In this document: positions 27,416 through 36,575 of the stretch, in pieces
How positions within the stretch are numbered: the stretch's first letter is position 1
Layout of the letters: each line of letters starts with the position of its first letter
Virus record (IMG/VR): IMGVR_UViG_3300031227_000047
Coordinates: 1-57,972 of that record
DNA: 57,972 bases
Direction: 5' to 3' (one strand)
Origin: a virus
Taxonomy: Duplodnaviria; Caudoviricetes
The notes under the pieces: generated by a model
Told to the model about the DNA's origin: nothing
The model's input: the letters and a program-made list of their open reading frames with translations, nothing else
Databases searched by the model: none
Made by a program: the position numbers and the translations under genes

Positions 27416-28919
27416 AAAGAAAGCACATACAAAGTCAATGAGAGATCGTGTTCGGTCTCATGCGAAAGAGTCAAGAAGCGGCTCCAGTTGTTTGACTTTA
27501 CCAAAGGGCACAGAGGTTTTTTGGCCGGATGATAAGGGAAGGTATTTTATAAATGTCATTCCTTATCGGGTTTCAAGCGATCATCACCCGGATGGAATTG
27601 ATAAGGGTGATTTGTGGTATCGGCGTCCGTATCAATTGCATTTTATTGATCGGAAAGCTGTAGTCTGTCCAAGGTCAATTGGGAAAAAGTGTCCTATTTG
27701 TGAAGAGGTGGATCGCCTATCACGGGATTTTGAAACAAACAAAGAAGTCATTCAACCAATTCGAGCAAAGAAAATGTGCTTGTTCAATATCATCGATGCG
27801 GATGATAAGAAAAAGACAATCAGAGTTTTTGATTGGTCTGCTTACAAATTTGCTGCTGATTTGGAACAGGAGTTGGATGAAGGTGAACTTGAAAATTGTG
27901 GCTTTGCGGATCTAACGGATGGATCTACTGTCCGATTCCGTGTTACTGAGGATTCCTTTGCTGGACACAAGTTTTTGAAAACGACTCGGATTGATTTCAT
28001 TGAAAGAGAGGATTATCCAGAGTCGATTTTGGATGATGTTGTGGATTTGGACACAGTTTTGAAAGTTATGTCCTATAAGGAAATCAAGAAGCTTTTCTTT
28101 GATATGGAAGAAGATGACGGTGATGAAGATGAAACCCCGAAAAGTAAAAAGGGGAAAAAGGTTGAAGAAGAGGAAGAAGATTTCGATGAAGATGAAGAGG
28201 AAGAGGAAGAGGAAGAGGATGAAGAGGAAGAGGAAGAGGCTCCGAAAAGTAAAAAGAGAAAGAAGGTAAAAAAAGAAGAAGAAGAAGAAGAGGAGAATGA
28301 AGATCTTGATTCTGATTTCGATGAGGATGAGGATGAGGATGAGGATGAGGATGAGGATGAGGATGAGGATGAGGATGATGGTGTTACAAAGCCTGAAGTT
28401 TCCCTTCCCGATGTGGATGAAATTTCTAGCATGAAGAAAAAAGGGATCTTGGAATTGTTGGTTGAAAGTGGAAAAGAGATGGGAAGCACCAAGCGAATCA
28501 AGATGCTCCAGAAAATGAAAGTAAAGGAGCTTAGAGCTTACGTTACAGAGTTATTGGAAGATGATGATGATGATGATGATGATGGGGATCTTGATTCTGA
28601 TTTCGACGATGACGACGATGATCTGGAAGAAGAAGGGGCTGGTTTTGGTAAAAAAGATGATGATGAAGAGGATGATGATTTTACCGAAGAGGAAACACAT
28701 CTTCCCGATGCAGATGATATCAAGATGATGAAGAAAAAAGAGATCTTGGAATTGTTAAAGCTAAAAAGAGAGTTGGGAAATTACAAAAAACCTAAAGATC
28801 TTCAGAAAATGAAAGTAAAGGAGCTTAGGGCTTACGTCATAGAGTTGTTGGAAGAAGAAGAAGATGAAGATGAAGATCTTGATTCTCATTTCGACGACGA
28901 TGATGATGACGATGAATAG
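27399..28919 (+). CDS. gp32-like ssDNA-binding protein with very long acidic tail
   Basis: H...CP....CPIC Zn motif, UvsY/RecA context, D/E tracts. Confidence 0.75.
   Translation: MGKRSKKKAHTKSMRDRVRSHAKESRSGSSCLTLPKGTEVFWPDDKGRYFINVIPYRVSSDHHPDGIDKGDLWYRRPYQLHFIDRKAVVCPRSIGKKCPICEEVDRLSRDFETNKEVIQPIRAKKMCLFNIIDADDKKKTIRVFDWSAYKFAADLEQELDEGELENCGFADLTDGSTVRFRVTEDSFAGHKFLKTTRIDFIEREDYPESILDDVVDLDTVLKVMSYKEIKKLFFDMEEDDGDEDETPKSKKGKKVEEEEEDFDEDEEEEEEEEDEEEEEEAPKSKKRKKVKKEEEEEEENEDLDSDFDEDEDEDEDEDEDEDEDEDDGVTKPEVSLPDVDEISSMKKKGILELLVESGKEMGSTKRIKMLQKMKVKELRAYVTELLEDDDDDDDDGDLDSDFDDDDDDLEEEGAGFGKKDDDEEDDDFTEEETHLPDADDIKMMKKKEILELLKLKRELGNYKKPKDLQKMKVKELRAYVIELLEEEEDEDEDLDSHFDDDDDDDE
28320..28373 (+). 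repeat. (GATGAG)9 microsatellite encoding poly-DE
   Basis: Perfect hexamer tandem. Confidence 0.9.
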
Positions 28920-28933
28920 GATTTTTGCTTCAT

Positions 28934-29953
28934 ATGAAAAGTAAGAAAGGAAAGAGGGATCCGGTGGGATTCATTCCCACCGGGTCTACTTTATTAAATT
29001 TGGCTTGCTCTGACCATGCAGGAGCGGCTTTCAAGCCAGGTACTATGATAAACATAGTGGGGGATTCGGCGGCTGGAAAGTCTTTCTTGTCTATGTCTAT
29101 TCTGGCAGAGGTTGCTCAGAAAAAGGCGTTTTCAAAATACCGATTGATTTATGATGACGTGGAATCCGCTTTGTTCTTTGATATCCCCAAGTTATTTGGA
29201 AAGACTTTGGCTAAGCGTATTGAGGGGCCGGGTGGAAATGTAGGGGAAGCTTGCTCTAATTTCATTGAGGATTTTTACTACAATTTGGATGATTGTTTAA
29301 ATGGGGATCAACCTTTTATCTATGTTTTAGATAGTATGGACGGGTTAACTTCCTATTCTGAATTGGATAAGTTTGATAAAAGGAAAAAAGCACATAGGAA
29401 AGGGAAAGAGGCTCCGGGAATTATGACGGATGGAAAAGCTAAGGTGAATTCTTCAAACCTTCGTCAAGCCGTTCGTAGGCTTCGAGACACTAAGTCATTA
29501 TTGGTTATTGTTTCTCAGACTAGAGATAATATTGGAATGGGATTTTCTCCAAAAACTCACAGCGGTGGGAATGCTTTAACCTTTTATGCAAGCCATAAAA
29601 TGTGGCTTGCGGTAAAGGGAAAGATAAAGAAAACAGTAAAGAAAAAACCACGAACTTTAGGGATTGATGTAAGAATAAGAGTAACCAAAAATCGGATTAC
29701 AGGTAGACAGATGGAAGTCTCATTTCCCATTTATTATTCATATGGGATTGATGATATAGCTTCGTGTTGCTTGTTTTTGCAAGAAGAAGAATTTTCTGTA
29801 AAAAAGGAACTTGAATACAAGGATAAGATTTCCAGAATGCCGAAATGGGTAGAGGAAAATCAGATGGAAGAGAAAATAAGATCTTCCTGTCAAAAAGTTT
29901 GGGATGAGATTCGAGAAGCTACAAAAATGAAAAGGAAACCACGTTATGAATGA
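28934..29953 (+). CDS. RecA/UvsX-like recombinase
   Basis: IPTGS..LN, GDSAAGKS, VLDS, SQTR, SGGNALTFYAS, KNR. Confidence 0.9.
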   Translation: MKSKKGKRDPVGFIPTGSTLLNLACSDHAGAAFKPGTMINIVGDSAAGKSFLSMSILAEVAQKKAFSKYRLIYDDVESALFFDIPKLFGKTLAKRIEGPGGNVGEACSNFIEDFYYNLDDCLNGDQPFIYVLDSMDGLTSYSELDKFDKRKKAHRKGKEAPGIMTDGKAKVNSSNLRQAVRRLRDTKSLLVIVSQTRDNIGMGFSPKTHSGGNALTFYASHKMWLAVKGKIKKTVKKKPRTLGIDVRIRVTKNRITGRQMEVSFPIYYSYGIDDIASCCLFLQEEEFSVKKELEYKDKISRMPKWVEENQMEEKIRSSCQKVWDEIREATKMKRKPRYE

Positions 29954-30073
29954 TGAAACATTGTATAAATGTAATGAAATAATGCAAGAGATTTTTAAAA
30001 TGTTGATTATTCTTCCTAAAAAGGAAAGGGAGCACATAATTAAGAATCTTTGTGTCCTTTTTAGAAATTAATT

Positions 30074-30973
30074 ATGATCATGAGTAAGAAACTGATTTTA
30101 CTTGATTGTGGATTTCTAACAGCTCAGTCAAGAGCCACACTGAGTTCCCTTTCTACAGAGGATATGTGTACGGGTATCATTTTTGGTTTTTTGGGGAGGT
30201 TGCTTTTCTTCCATAAAATTATGGAACCTTGCCAGTTTGTTTTTCTTTGGGATTCAAAACATTCACATCGGAAAAAAGCGTATCCAGAATACAAAGCGAA
30301 TCGAAGGAGGGATCTTTCTAAAGAACAAAAACAAGAGGAAAAAAATTATCGTGATCAAGTTTTGCTTCTACGTAGAAAAATCATACCCTTTTTAGGATTT
30401 GCAAACACTTTCATTCAAAAAGGATTAGAAGCGGATGATTTAATAGCGCAAGCAATTCAGCAAACCAAAATTGAAGCAAATGAATGCGTGATTGTCTCTA
30501 TGGATTCGGATTTATACCAGTTGTTTTCAGATCGTGTTTCTATGTTTCGGCCTGGTGGACGGATGTGGTATTCAGAAAAGGATTTTGAAAGGGACAAGGG
30601 GATTTCTCCAAAGGACTGGTGGAGGGTAAAAGCAATCGCCGGGTGTGTTTCAGATAATGTAAAGGGCGTTCCTTTGGTGGGGGAGGTTTCCGCTATAAAA
30701 TACATCTTGAAACAATTGAACAAGGATCAAGCAAAATACAAAGCCATAAGAAAAAATTTAGACATCATAATGAGAAATGAAGAGCTGGTAAGACTTCCAC
30801 ATAAGGAAACAAGCGGATTAGTTTTAGGTGAAGATAGACTTTCTTATAAAGCATTTGAAAGAGTTTGTAAAAAGTATGAGTTTGATTCGTTTTTAGAAGG
30901 AGCAAGGGGAACGGAATGGAAATCCTTTTTTGGTGCTGGCAAAAGTGAAATAAGGAGAAGGTTGAATGGCTAA
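30074..30973 (+). CDS. 5'-3' exonuclease / flap endonuclease
   Basis: YPEYKANR, EADDLIA, SMDSDLYQ, SDNVKGV..VGE. Confidence 0.9.
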   Translation: MIMSKKLILLDCGFLTAQSRATLSSLSTEDMCTGIIFGFLGRLLFFHKIMEPCQFVFLWDSKHSHRKKAYPEYKANRRRDLSKEQKQEEKNYRDQVLLLRRKIIPFLGFANTFIQKGLEADDLIAQAIQQTKIEANECVIVSMDSDLYQLFSDRVSMFRPGGRMWYSEKDFERDKGISPKDWWRVKAIAGCVSDNVKGVPLVGEVSAIKYILKQLNKDQAKYKAIRKNLDIIMRNEELVRLPHKETSGLVLGEDRLSYKAFERVCKKYEFDSFLEGARGTEWKSFFGAGKSEIRRRLNG

Positions 30974-31493
30974 GAATTCCAAGGCTAAAGGTTCAGCATT
31001 CGAGCGTGAAATTTGCAAGAAGTTGAATAAGTGGTGGGCACCGGGTGTAGCAGATCAAGTTTTTTGGAGGTCTGCTTCCTCTGGTGGAAGAGCTACGGTT
31101 TCTGGAAACGTGGATCAATATGGAGACATATGTGCTATCCATCCTTTAGGATTTGATTTTACAAAGAAGGTAATAATCGAAGCTAAAAAAGGTTATGGAA
31201 CTTGGAGTCCTTTTGATTGTATCGACGGATTAAGCGGGGTTTGGGATAAGTTCATAACTCAGGTTGAACGGGATAAAGCAGCTTCTAATAGACCTTATTT
31301 TTGGCTGATATTTCAAAGACCAAGGCGCAAGCCGGTTTTGGTTACATCTGTATCTTTTTATAAGAAATATTATTCAGAGAAATTTCAGAAAGCAAAGACT
31401 AAGTGTATTATTAGATCACAAGGAAGAAGGTTAGTAGCTATGACATTCGATGATTTTTTAAGCACTTGTCCATCAAGAAATATGAGGGACTAA
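30966..31493 (+). CDS. Holliday junction resolvase (Hjc-like PD-(D/E)xK)
   Basis: KGSAFERE, GDI, IEAK. Confidence 0.8.
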   Translation: MAKNSKAKGSAFEREICKKLNKWWAPGVADQVFWRSASSGGRATVSGNVDQYGDICAIHPLGFDFTKKVIIEAKKGYGTWSPFDCIDGLSGVWDKFITQVERDKAASNRPYFWLIFQRPRRKPVLVTSVSFYKKYYSEKFQKAKTKCIIRSQGRRLVAMTFDDFLSTCPSRNMRD

Positions 31494-31505
31494 GGAGAAT
31501 ATAAA

Positions 31506-31784
31506 ATGCGTAAGATAAGTTCACTTTCAATTATTACTGTTTTCTTGTGTGTATTTGTTTCTTTTCTTATTATTTTATCTGGTAGTCATCTTAGTTGGGC
31601 TGTAGGTATTGTTATTATGCTTTGGGTTTTTTGTGGCTATGGGGCTTTGGTTTACACTTTTTATATTATGTATGCTAGTGTAGGAAGAAGAAAAAGTGAA
31701 GAAGAACTAATCACTTTTGCTTGTTTTGCAACTTTAGTTTTGGGATTGATTATGTTTCTTACATACAAAGTGTTGAGTCCATGA
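31506..31784 (+). CDS. small multi-TM membrane protein
   Basis: Three hydrophobic segments; AAGGAG RBS. Confidence 0.6.
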   Translation: MRKISSLSIITVFLCVFVSFLIILSGSHLSWAVGIVIMLWVFCGYGALVYTFYIMYASVGRRKSEEELITFACFATLVLGLIMFLTYKVLSP

Positions 31785-32842
31785 TTACTCGATTGGCTTT
31801 ATCAGGATTTCAAAATCATAAGAAAACCAACATAAGATTAGATCCTATTACTGTTTTTAAGGGGAAATCCGATCAAGGAAAATCAGCGATAATCCGGGCT
31901 TTGTATTGGCTGATTTTCAATAAGCCTAATGGCGTTTCAGATTGGATTTATGAAGGCAAGAAACGAATGAGGGTAAGGATCAAAACGAGTGAAGGGGATA
32001 TAATAGAAAGAAATCGCTCGAAATCTGATGCCGGCATTTACAAGTTGAATGAAGAAGAATTTCATGCTATGGGTTTTTCAGTTCCTTCCCCGATAGCTGA
32101 TATATTGAATATTGAATCTCTAAATTTCTCTACTCAGTTTGACGGCCCTTTTTTGTTGAACTTATCCAGGCCGGAAGCTTCCCGGTATTTATCAAACTTG
32201 GTTGGATTAGAGCAGATGGATTTGGTGATGGGGAAGGTGAATCAGTGGAAACGATTCACAGCAAAAGAAATCGAAATCCATGAAAAACTTCGATTGAAGG
32301 TTCAAGAAGATTTAGAAGAGTTAAAATCTTTACCAAAGGCCTTGAAACAATTTCAAAAAATAGAAAAGGAGGTATCAAGTTATGAAAAGTTGGAAAAGGA
32401 TATTGAGGAGCTTGAAAATTCTCTTTCAAGCCATGATCAATTACATCATAGTTTTGATCCGTTACAAATGGTTGAACCGGCCATTCAAACCGTAAATGAA
32501 CTGGAAAGTGATTTTTGGAAAGTTGAAAGTTTCAAAGAAGAAAATATCATGTTGTTTTCTTGGGTTACGGCATTGAAACGGATTAAGGAGACGTACAAGG
32601 GATTAAAACAGGTGGTAAGTGCTCGAAAACAGCTCGTAACGTTAGATTCAAGCTCACATAACATATTATCACTAGAAAAAGGAGTTCATTCGTTACAGGG
32701 GATTGTAGAGAGGTTTTCAAAAGTTGAGAATCCGATTCCTTTCCTTAAAAAAGAGATAAAAGTGTTACAAGAAAAATGGAAGGAGTCCACAAAAGGATTC
32801 TGTCCTACTTGCGGTAAACGTATAATTGAGAAAGGGATTTAA
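31781..32842 (+). CDS. SbcC/Rad50 N-terminal half
   Basis: FQNH, GKSDQGKS Walker A, Q-loop, coiled coil ending in CPTCG zinc hook. Confidence 0.85.
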   Translation: MITRLALSGFQNHKKTNIRLDPITVFKGKSDQGKSAIIRALYWLIFNKPNGVSDWIYEGKKRMRVRIKTSEGDIIERNRSKSDAGIYKLNEEEFHAMGFSVPSPIADILNIESLNFSTQFDGPFLLNLSRPEASRYLSNLVGLEQMDLVMGKVNQWKRFTAKEIEIHEKLRLKVQEDLEELKSLPKALKQFQKIEKEVSSYEKLEKDIEELENSLSSHDQLHHSFDPLQMVEPAIQTVNELESDFWKVESFKEENIMLFSWVTALKRIKETYKGLKQVVSARKQLVTLDSSSHNILSLEKGVHSLQGIVERFSKVENPIPFLKKEIKVLQEKWKESTKGFCPTCGKRIIEKGI

Positions 32843-32845
32843 GTT

Positions 32846-33760
32846 ATGAGTAAAAGAAAACCGATTGGATTGTTTGTTTCAGATTTGCATTTGTCATCTA
32901 AAAGACCCTCATGCCGGGTGGATGATTGGATAAGAGTGCAGGAAGATTTACTATACAGAATTTCTGGTATAGCTGCAAAATATCAGGTTCCTATTTTTGC
33001 TTGTGGAGACATATTTGACAAGCCAAAAGAAGATCCTGTAATTGAGGCTTTGGCTATTAGGTGGATGAAAAAAAATAAATGGTATGGGATTCCTGGACAG
33101 CATGATTTGCCGGGGCATTCATTAAGTCGGATAGGAGAGTCTTCTTTTGGGGTTTTAATGGAAGCTGGAGTTTTACAATATGTGGAAGGCACAGGGCATG
33201 TAGATGATTTTTTAATCACTGGATTCCCTTATGGAATACATGCTACTTGTGCTGTTGATTCAAATAAATTAAAGGTTGCCATAGCTCATGAAATGGTGTG
33301 GAGAAAGCAACCGTTTCCAGGCGCTCCAGAAAAAGGGAATGTGAAAAAGCTTGTAAAGCGGTATCCGGGATTTGATGTTTTAGTTTTTGGGGATAATCAC
33401 AAAGGATTTTCTACAAGAGTAAAAGGCGTTTCCATTTTGAATTGTGGAACAGCTTTGCAAAGGACTGTAGTAGAACATGACTATTTTACGCAATGCTTTC
33501 TTCTTTATAGTGATGGTTCTCATAAAAGTATTCCATATATTCTTCAGTCTTCTTGGAGAACAGTGGATTTGGATTTGGCTAAGAGGGAAAAAGCTCTTGA
33601 TGATCGTATACGGGCTTTTGTAAAAACCATTCAAGGTGATAAGGAAGTTTCTTTGTCCTTCATTGACAACTTAAAAGAGTATCTGGAAAGTTCAGAGGTT
33701 TCCGATTCTGTAAAAGAAGTTATTTGGAAAGCTATGGAGGAAGTTGAAAGCAATGGATGA
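32846..33760 (+). CDS. SbcD/Mre11 nuclease
   Basis: SDLH, GDIFD, GQHD, AHE, GDNH motifs. Confidence 0.9.
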   Translation: MSKRKPIGLFVSDLHLSSKRPSCRVDDWIRVQEDLLYRISGIAAKYQVPIFACGDIFDKPKEDPVIEALAIRWMKKNKWYGIPGQHDLPGHSLSRIGESSFGVLMEAGVLQYVEGTGHVDDFLITGFPYGIHATCAVDSNKLKVAIAHEMVWRKQPFPGAPEKGNVKKLVKRYPGFDVLVFGDNHKGFSTRVKGVSILNCGTALQRTVVEHDYFTQCFLLYSDGSHKSIPYILQSSWRTVDLDLAKREKALDDRIRAFVKTIQGDKEVSLSFIDNLKEYLESSEVSDSVKEVIWKAMEEVESNG

Positions 33761-33989
33761 AAAGTTAGCTAAGTTAAAAAAGAAAATCGAAGCAAAGGAA
33801 AAAGAGAAGATAGAACTTGAAGGGAGAATGTCTCAAATTCTATCGGATCTTAAAGCTAAGTTTGATATTGAAACGATAGAAGATGCGAAGTCTTTATTGA
33901 AAGAAAAACAAGAGGAACACAAAAGCAAAAGTAGAAAGCTTCAGAAAAGAATTGAGGATTTTGAAGAAGAGTTTGCAGATTTACTTTAA
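33753..33989 (+). CDS. small coiled-coil protein
   Basis: Heptad-rich; GGAGG RBS. Confidence 0.65.
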   Translation: MDEKLAKLKKKIEAKEKEKIELEGRMSQILSDLKAKFDIETIEDAKSLLKEKQEEHKSKSRKLQKRIEDFEEEFADLL

Positions 33990-34001
33990 GGATTTTTGAA
34001 A

Positions 34002-34619
34002 ATGTCCTTTGATTTTCAGACACGAAAAATAAAAGAGAAATTGTTGGTAGAGGCTGCCCGATTTGAAAGTTTAGAAGAACAAAGAAAAAAATTGGAAAAA
34101 GAAATTATAGATTTAAGGGTTCAAAATGTAAATCAGGAAACGGCTCAGGGAATCCTACAAGAAATAGTTCAAGTTACTCAGGAACAGATCACGATTCATT
34201 TGAATGAATTGGTTTCCTCTTGTTTATCCTCGATTTTTAATGAGCCTTACATTTTCAAAATGTCCTATGTTCAAAAAAGGGGAAAGACAGAAGTAGAATA
34301 TGAATTGCAAAGGGGGAATTTAATTTGTGATGATCCATTACATTCAGTTGGTGGAGGGGTGATTGATGTGATTTCATTTGCTTTGAGAATAGCAGCTCTT
34401 TTGATTTCTGTAAAGCATCCAAGAAAAGTTTTGTTTTTGGATGAACCGTTTCGGTTTTTGTCGAAAGAATATCAATCGGCTTGTGGTTTATTAATGGAAG
34501 AGTTATCAGCTCGATTGGGGATTCAGTTTGTAATAATTACACATGAAGAATCTTTGGTGGAGTATGTGAAAAGTTTAACTTACCTGGTTGAGAATGGAAA
34601 AGTGGAAAAGGAGAATTGA
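34002..34619 (+). CDS. SbcC/Rad50 C-terminal half
   Basis: SVGGG signature, LFLDEP Walker B, IITH H-loop. Confidence 0.85.
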   Translation: MSFDFQTRKIKEKLLVEAARFESLEEQRKKLEKEIIDLRVQNVNQETAQGILQEIVQVTQEQITIHLNELVSSCLSSIFNEPYIFKMSYVQKRGKTEVEYELQRGNLICDDPLHSVGGGVIDVISFALRIAALLISVKHPRKVLFLDEPFRFLSKEYQSACGLLMEELSARLGIQFVIITHEESLVEYVKSLTYLVENGKVEKEN

Positions 34620-34885
34620 AAATGAATATCTGGGGAAAATCCAATAGAATAAGTGTAAGAAGAAATCATATTCCTTGGATGAATGCAGGAGCGGAAACTT
34701 CGGTTGCAGAAGTTTTTGCTTTTATAAAGGAAGTGCTACCGGAAGTGGATTTTGTTGAATTTGTTGAAAGAGATTATTTGGATTCCTATTATTTAAGTAA
34801 TAAGTCCGGTTCGATTCGGATGGTAATCCAGAAGGAACATCAATTAAAAAATAGTAAGCGCAAAAAGATTCTTAACATGACTTAG
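34616..34885 (+). CDS. hypothetical protein, tandem paralog 1
   Basis: PWM.A...FPE/LPE pattern and ..MT end shared with next gene. Confidence 0.6.
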   Translation: MKMNIWGKSNRISVRRNHIPWMNAGAETSVAEVFAFIKEVLPEVDFVEFVERDYLDSYYLSNKSGSIRMVIQKEHQLKNSKRKKILNMT

Positions 34886-34917
34886 TCCCATCTTGATTAA
34901 AAAGAGGAAAAGGAGGA

Positions 34918-35205
34918 TTGAAAATGAAAAGTACATTATGGAAAACTCCTATTACGGTATCAGTGAATAAAAGCCCTTGGATGAAGGCAAGAGTGGGGAT
35001 TACTATTCCTGAGATTCTTGAATTTTTCTACGAGACGTTTCCAGAACTGAAGGCAAAGAATGCAAAGGGCGCTAAGATGTGGAGTGGGGATGGGTTCGTT
35101 GAGTACATTTTAGAAAGTAGATTGGAAACCATTCGGGTTTTAATCAGGCAGGAGAATCCTAAAAGAAAGCATAAAGGAAAGAAAAAGACTGTATACATGA
35201 CTTAA
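34918..35205 (+). CDS. hypothetical protein, tandem paralog 2
   Basis: AGGAGG RBS; similar to previous gene. Confidence 0.6.
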   Translation: MKMKSTLWKTPITVSVNKSPWMKARVGITIPEILEFFYETFPELKAKNAKGAKMWSGDGFVEYILESRLETIRVLIRQENPKRKHKGKKKTVYMT

Positions 35206-35415
35206 TCTTATTTTAGTTAAAAAAGCACATAAAATGCTCTGAGAATGGTAATTCTTAGAGCTTTTCTTTATCATTCTATACTATATTTATATAATCAAAA
35301 ACAAGGATAGTCAATGTTTACAAGGGTATTATGAGTCAAATTTAGTTGAAAATAAAAGTAAAATAAAGCTTTACTTTTGGAAACAAACCCTTTATAATGT
35401 AGTTACATTTGAAGC
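35203..35415. repeat. promoter-module repeat copy 3
   Basis: Terminator + promoter block similar to 19768-19982. Confidence 0.9.
35370..35398 (+). promoter_or_regulatory. sigma70-type early promoter
   Basis: TTTACT-17bp-TATAAT. Confidence 0.85.
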
Positions 35416-35432
35416 AAACAAGGAGCGAAACA

Positions 35433-35834
35433 ATGAACATTTATTTCAAAGAAAATAGCGACTTAGGCGATTGCGATTGCTGCAACGATGAAGAAACGAC
35501 AGTATGTGATCATAACGGCGAGACGCTTTGCCGCCGATGCCTGACAACTACCATTATTAATGAGACAGTCGATGAGATAAGGGAAGCCGCCGAGGAAATG
35601 GATTACAGCGTAAGAGAGCATCAAGCCGGGACAGGCACCATTTATATGACCTGCCAAATTTACGACGATGATAACGAGGATGAAGTCATCGAGGTGACGG
35701 TGAGGGTTGCCAACCATTCTGAATGCTACGTGCCGGACGATGGCGAACGGAAGTTGCTTGTAAGCCCCGATGAATTGACAGCCGCGCAAGCAATTGAGCG
35801 GTTACGCAAACCTAAAAATATTGAACGTTACTAA
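35433..35834 (+). CDS. acidic early protein with Zn-finger
   Basis: AAGGAG RBS; CDCC...CRRC; followed by cassette junction repeat. Confidence 0.7.
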   Translation: MNIYFKENSDLGDCDCCNDEETTVCDHNGETLCRRCLTTTIINETVDEIREAAEEMDYSVREHQAGTGTIYMTCQIYDDDNEDEVIEVTVRVANHSECYVPDDGERKLLVSPDELTAAQAIERLRKPKNIERY

Positions 35835-36007
35835 GACTCCTTCGCCGAGGGTGTCAAGCGAAACGCAAAGACAAAAGGAAAAGGAGATCGAGATATGAAA
35901 ATTGAGCGGCTTAAGACTACTGGGGATAAGTGAAGTTGTTTTTGTAGCCAGTTGAAAATTCACAAAAGCAGACTCAAACGTATAATTAAAAGAAGGGAGA
36001 CAAGAAA

Positions 36008-36265
36008 ATGGCAAGGGTAACAAAACGAGAGAAATTGATTTGGATTTTGACTAATCTTTATGGATGGGAAGTAACGGATAAGGGTAGAATCCGAAAGGAT
36101 ACAATTGTTTTACAGAATCCAAAGTTTGAGTATAAAGCATTCCTTGGGAGAAACGGGGGATTTAGAAGGGGGAAAACCAAGTCATCCTCCTACGGGGTGG
36201 ATGAAAGTATTGTTAGAAGGTACATTAAGCAGTATGAAGAAAAACATCAAACAAAAGAAGGATAA
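36008..36265 (+). CDS. hypothetical protein
   Basis: GGGAG RBS. Confidence 0.6.
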   Translation: MARVTKREKLIWILTNLYGWEVTDKGRIRKDTIVLQNPKFEYKAFLGRNGGFRRGKTKSSSYGVDESIVRRYIKQYEEKHQTKEG

Positions 36266-36270
36266 GAAAA

Positions 36271-36462
36271 ATGGCAGTCAAAGTTTCAGAAGAAGTTTTT
36301 GAGGGGTTGGAAGCTGCACGGGACATAGGAAGATTTAATATGTTTGCGTTTCTTCATGTGCATGATTTTGTGAAAAGTATGGGATTTAAAGAAACCGCAA
36401 AATGGATGGTAGAAAATTCTAGTTTGTATATTGAGGGTGTTTGGGAAGGATTTACCACTTAA
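36271..36462 (+). CDS. DUF5049-like small protein
   Basis: LEAARDIGRFNMF...MGF.E.A.W pattern. Confidence 0.55.
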   Translation: MAVKVSEEVFEGLEAARDIGRFNMFAFLHVHDFVKSMGFKETAKWMVENSSLYIEGVWEGFTT

Positions 36463-36575
36463 AACGTCCAGGAACAGTCCAATTTTGCTTTCTAAGGCAA
36501 AAACAAGGGTTTGATCATATATAATCATTAAGAACTGAAAAAAAGCGTTACAAACGATTTTAAGGAGAATGTGAA

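Noticed and set aside
28073-28723. Minus-strand poly-Ser ORFs
   Set aside because: Antisense shadows of the GAA/GAT-rich acidic SSB tail
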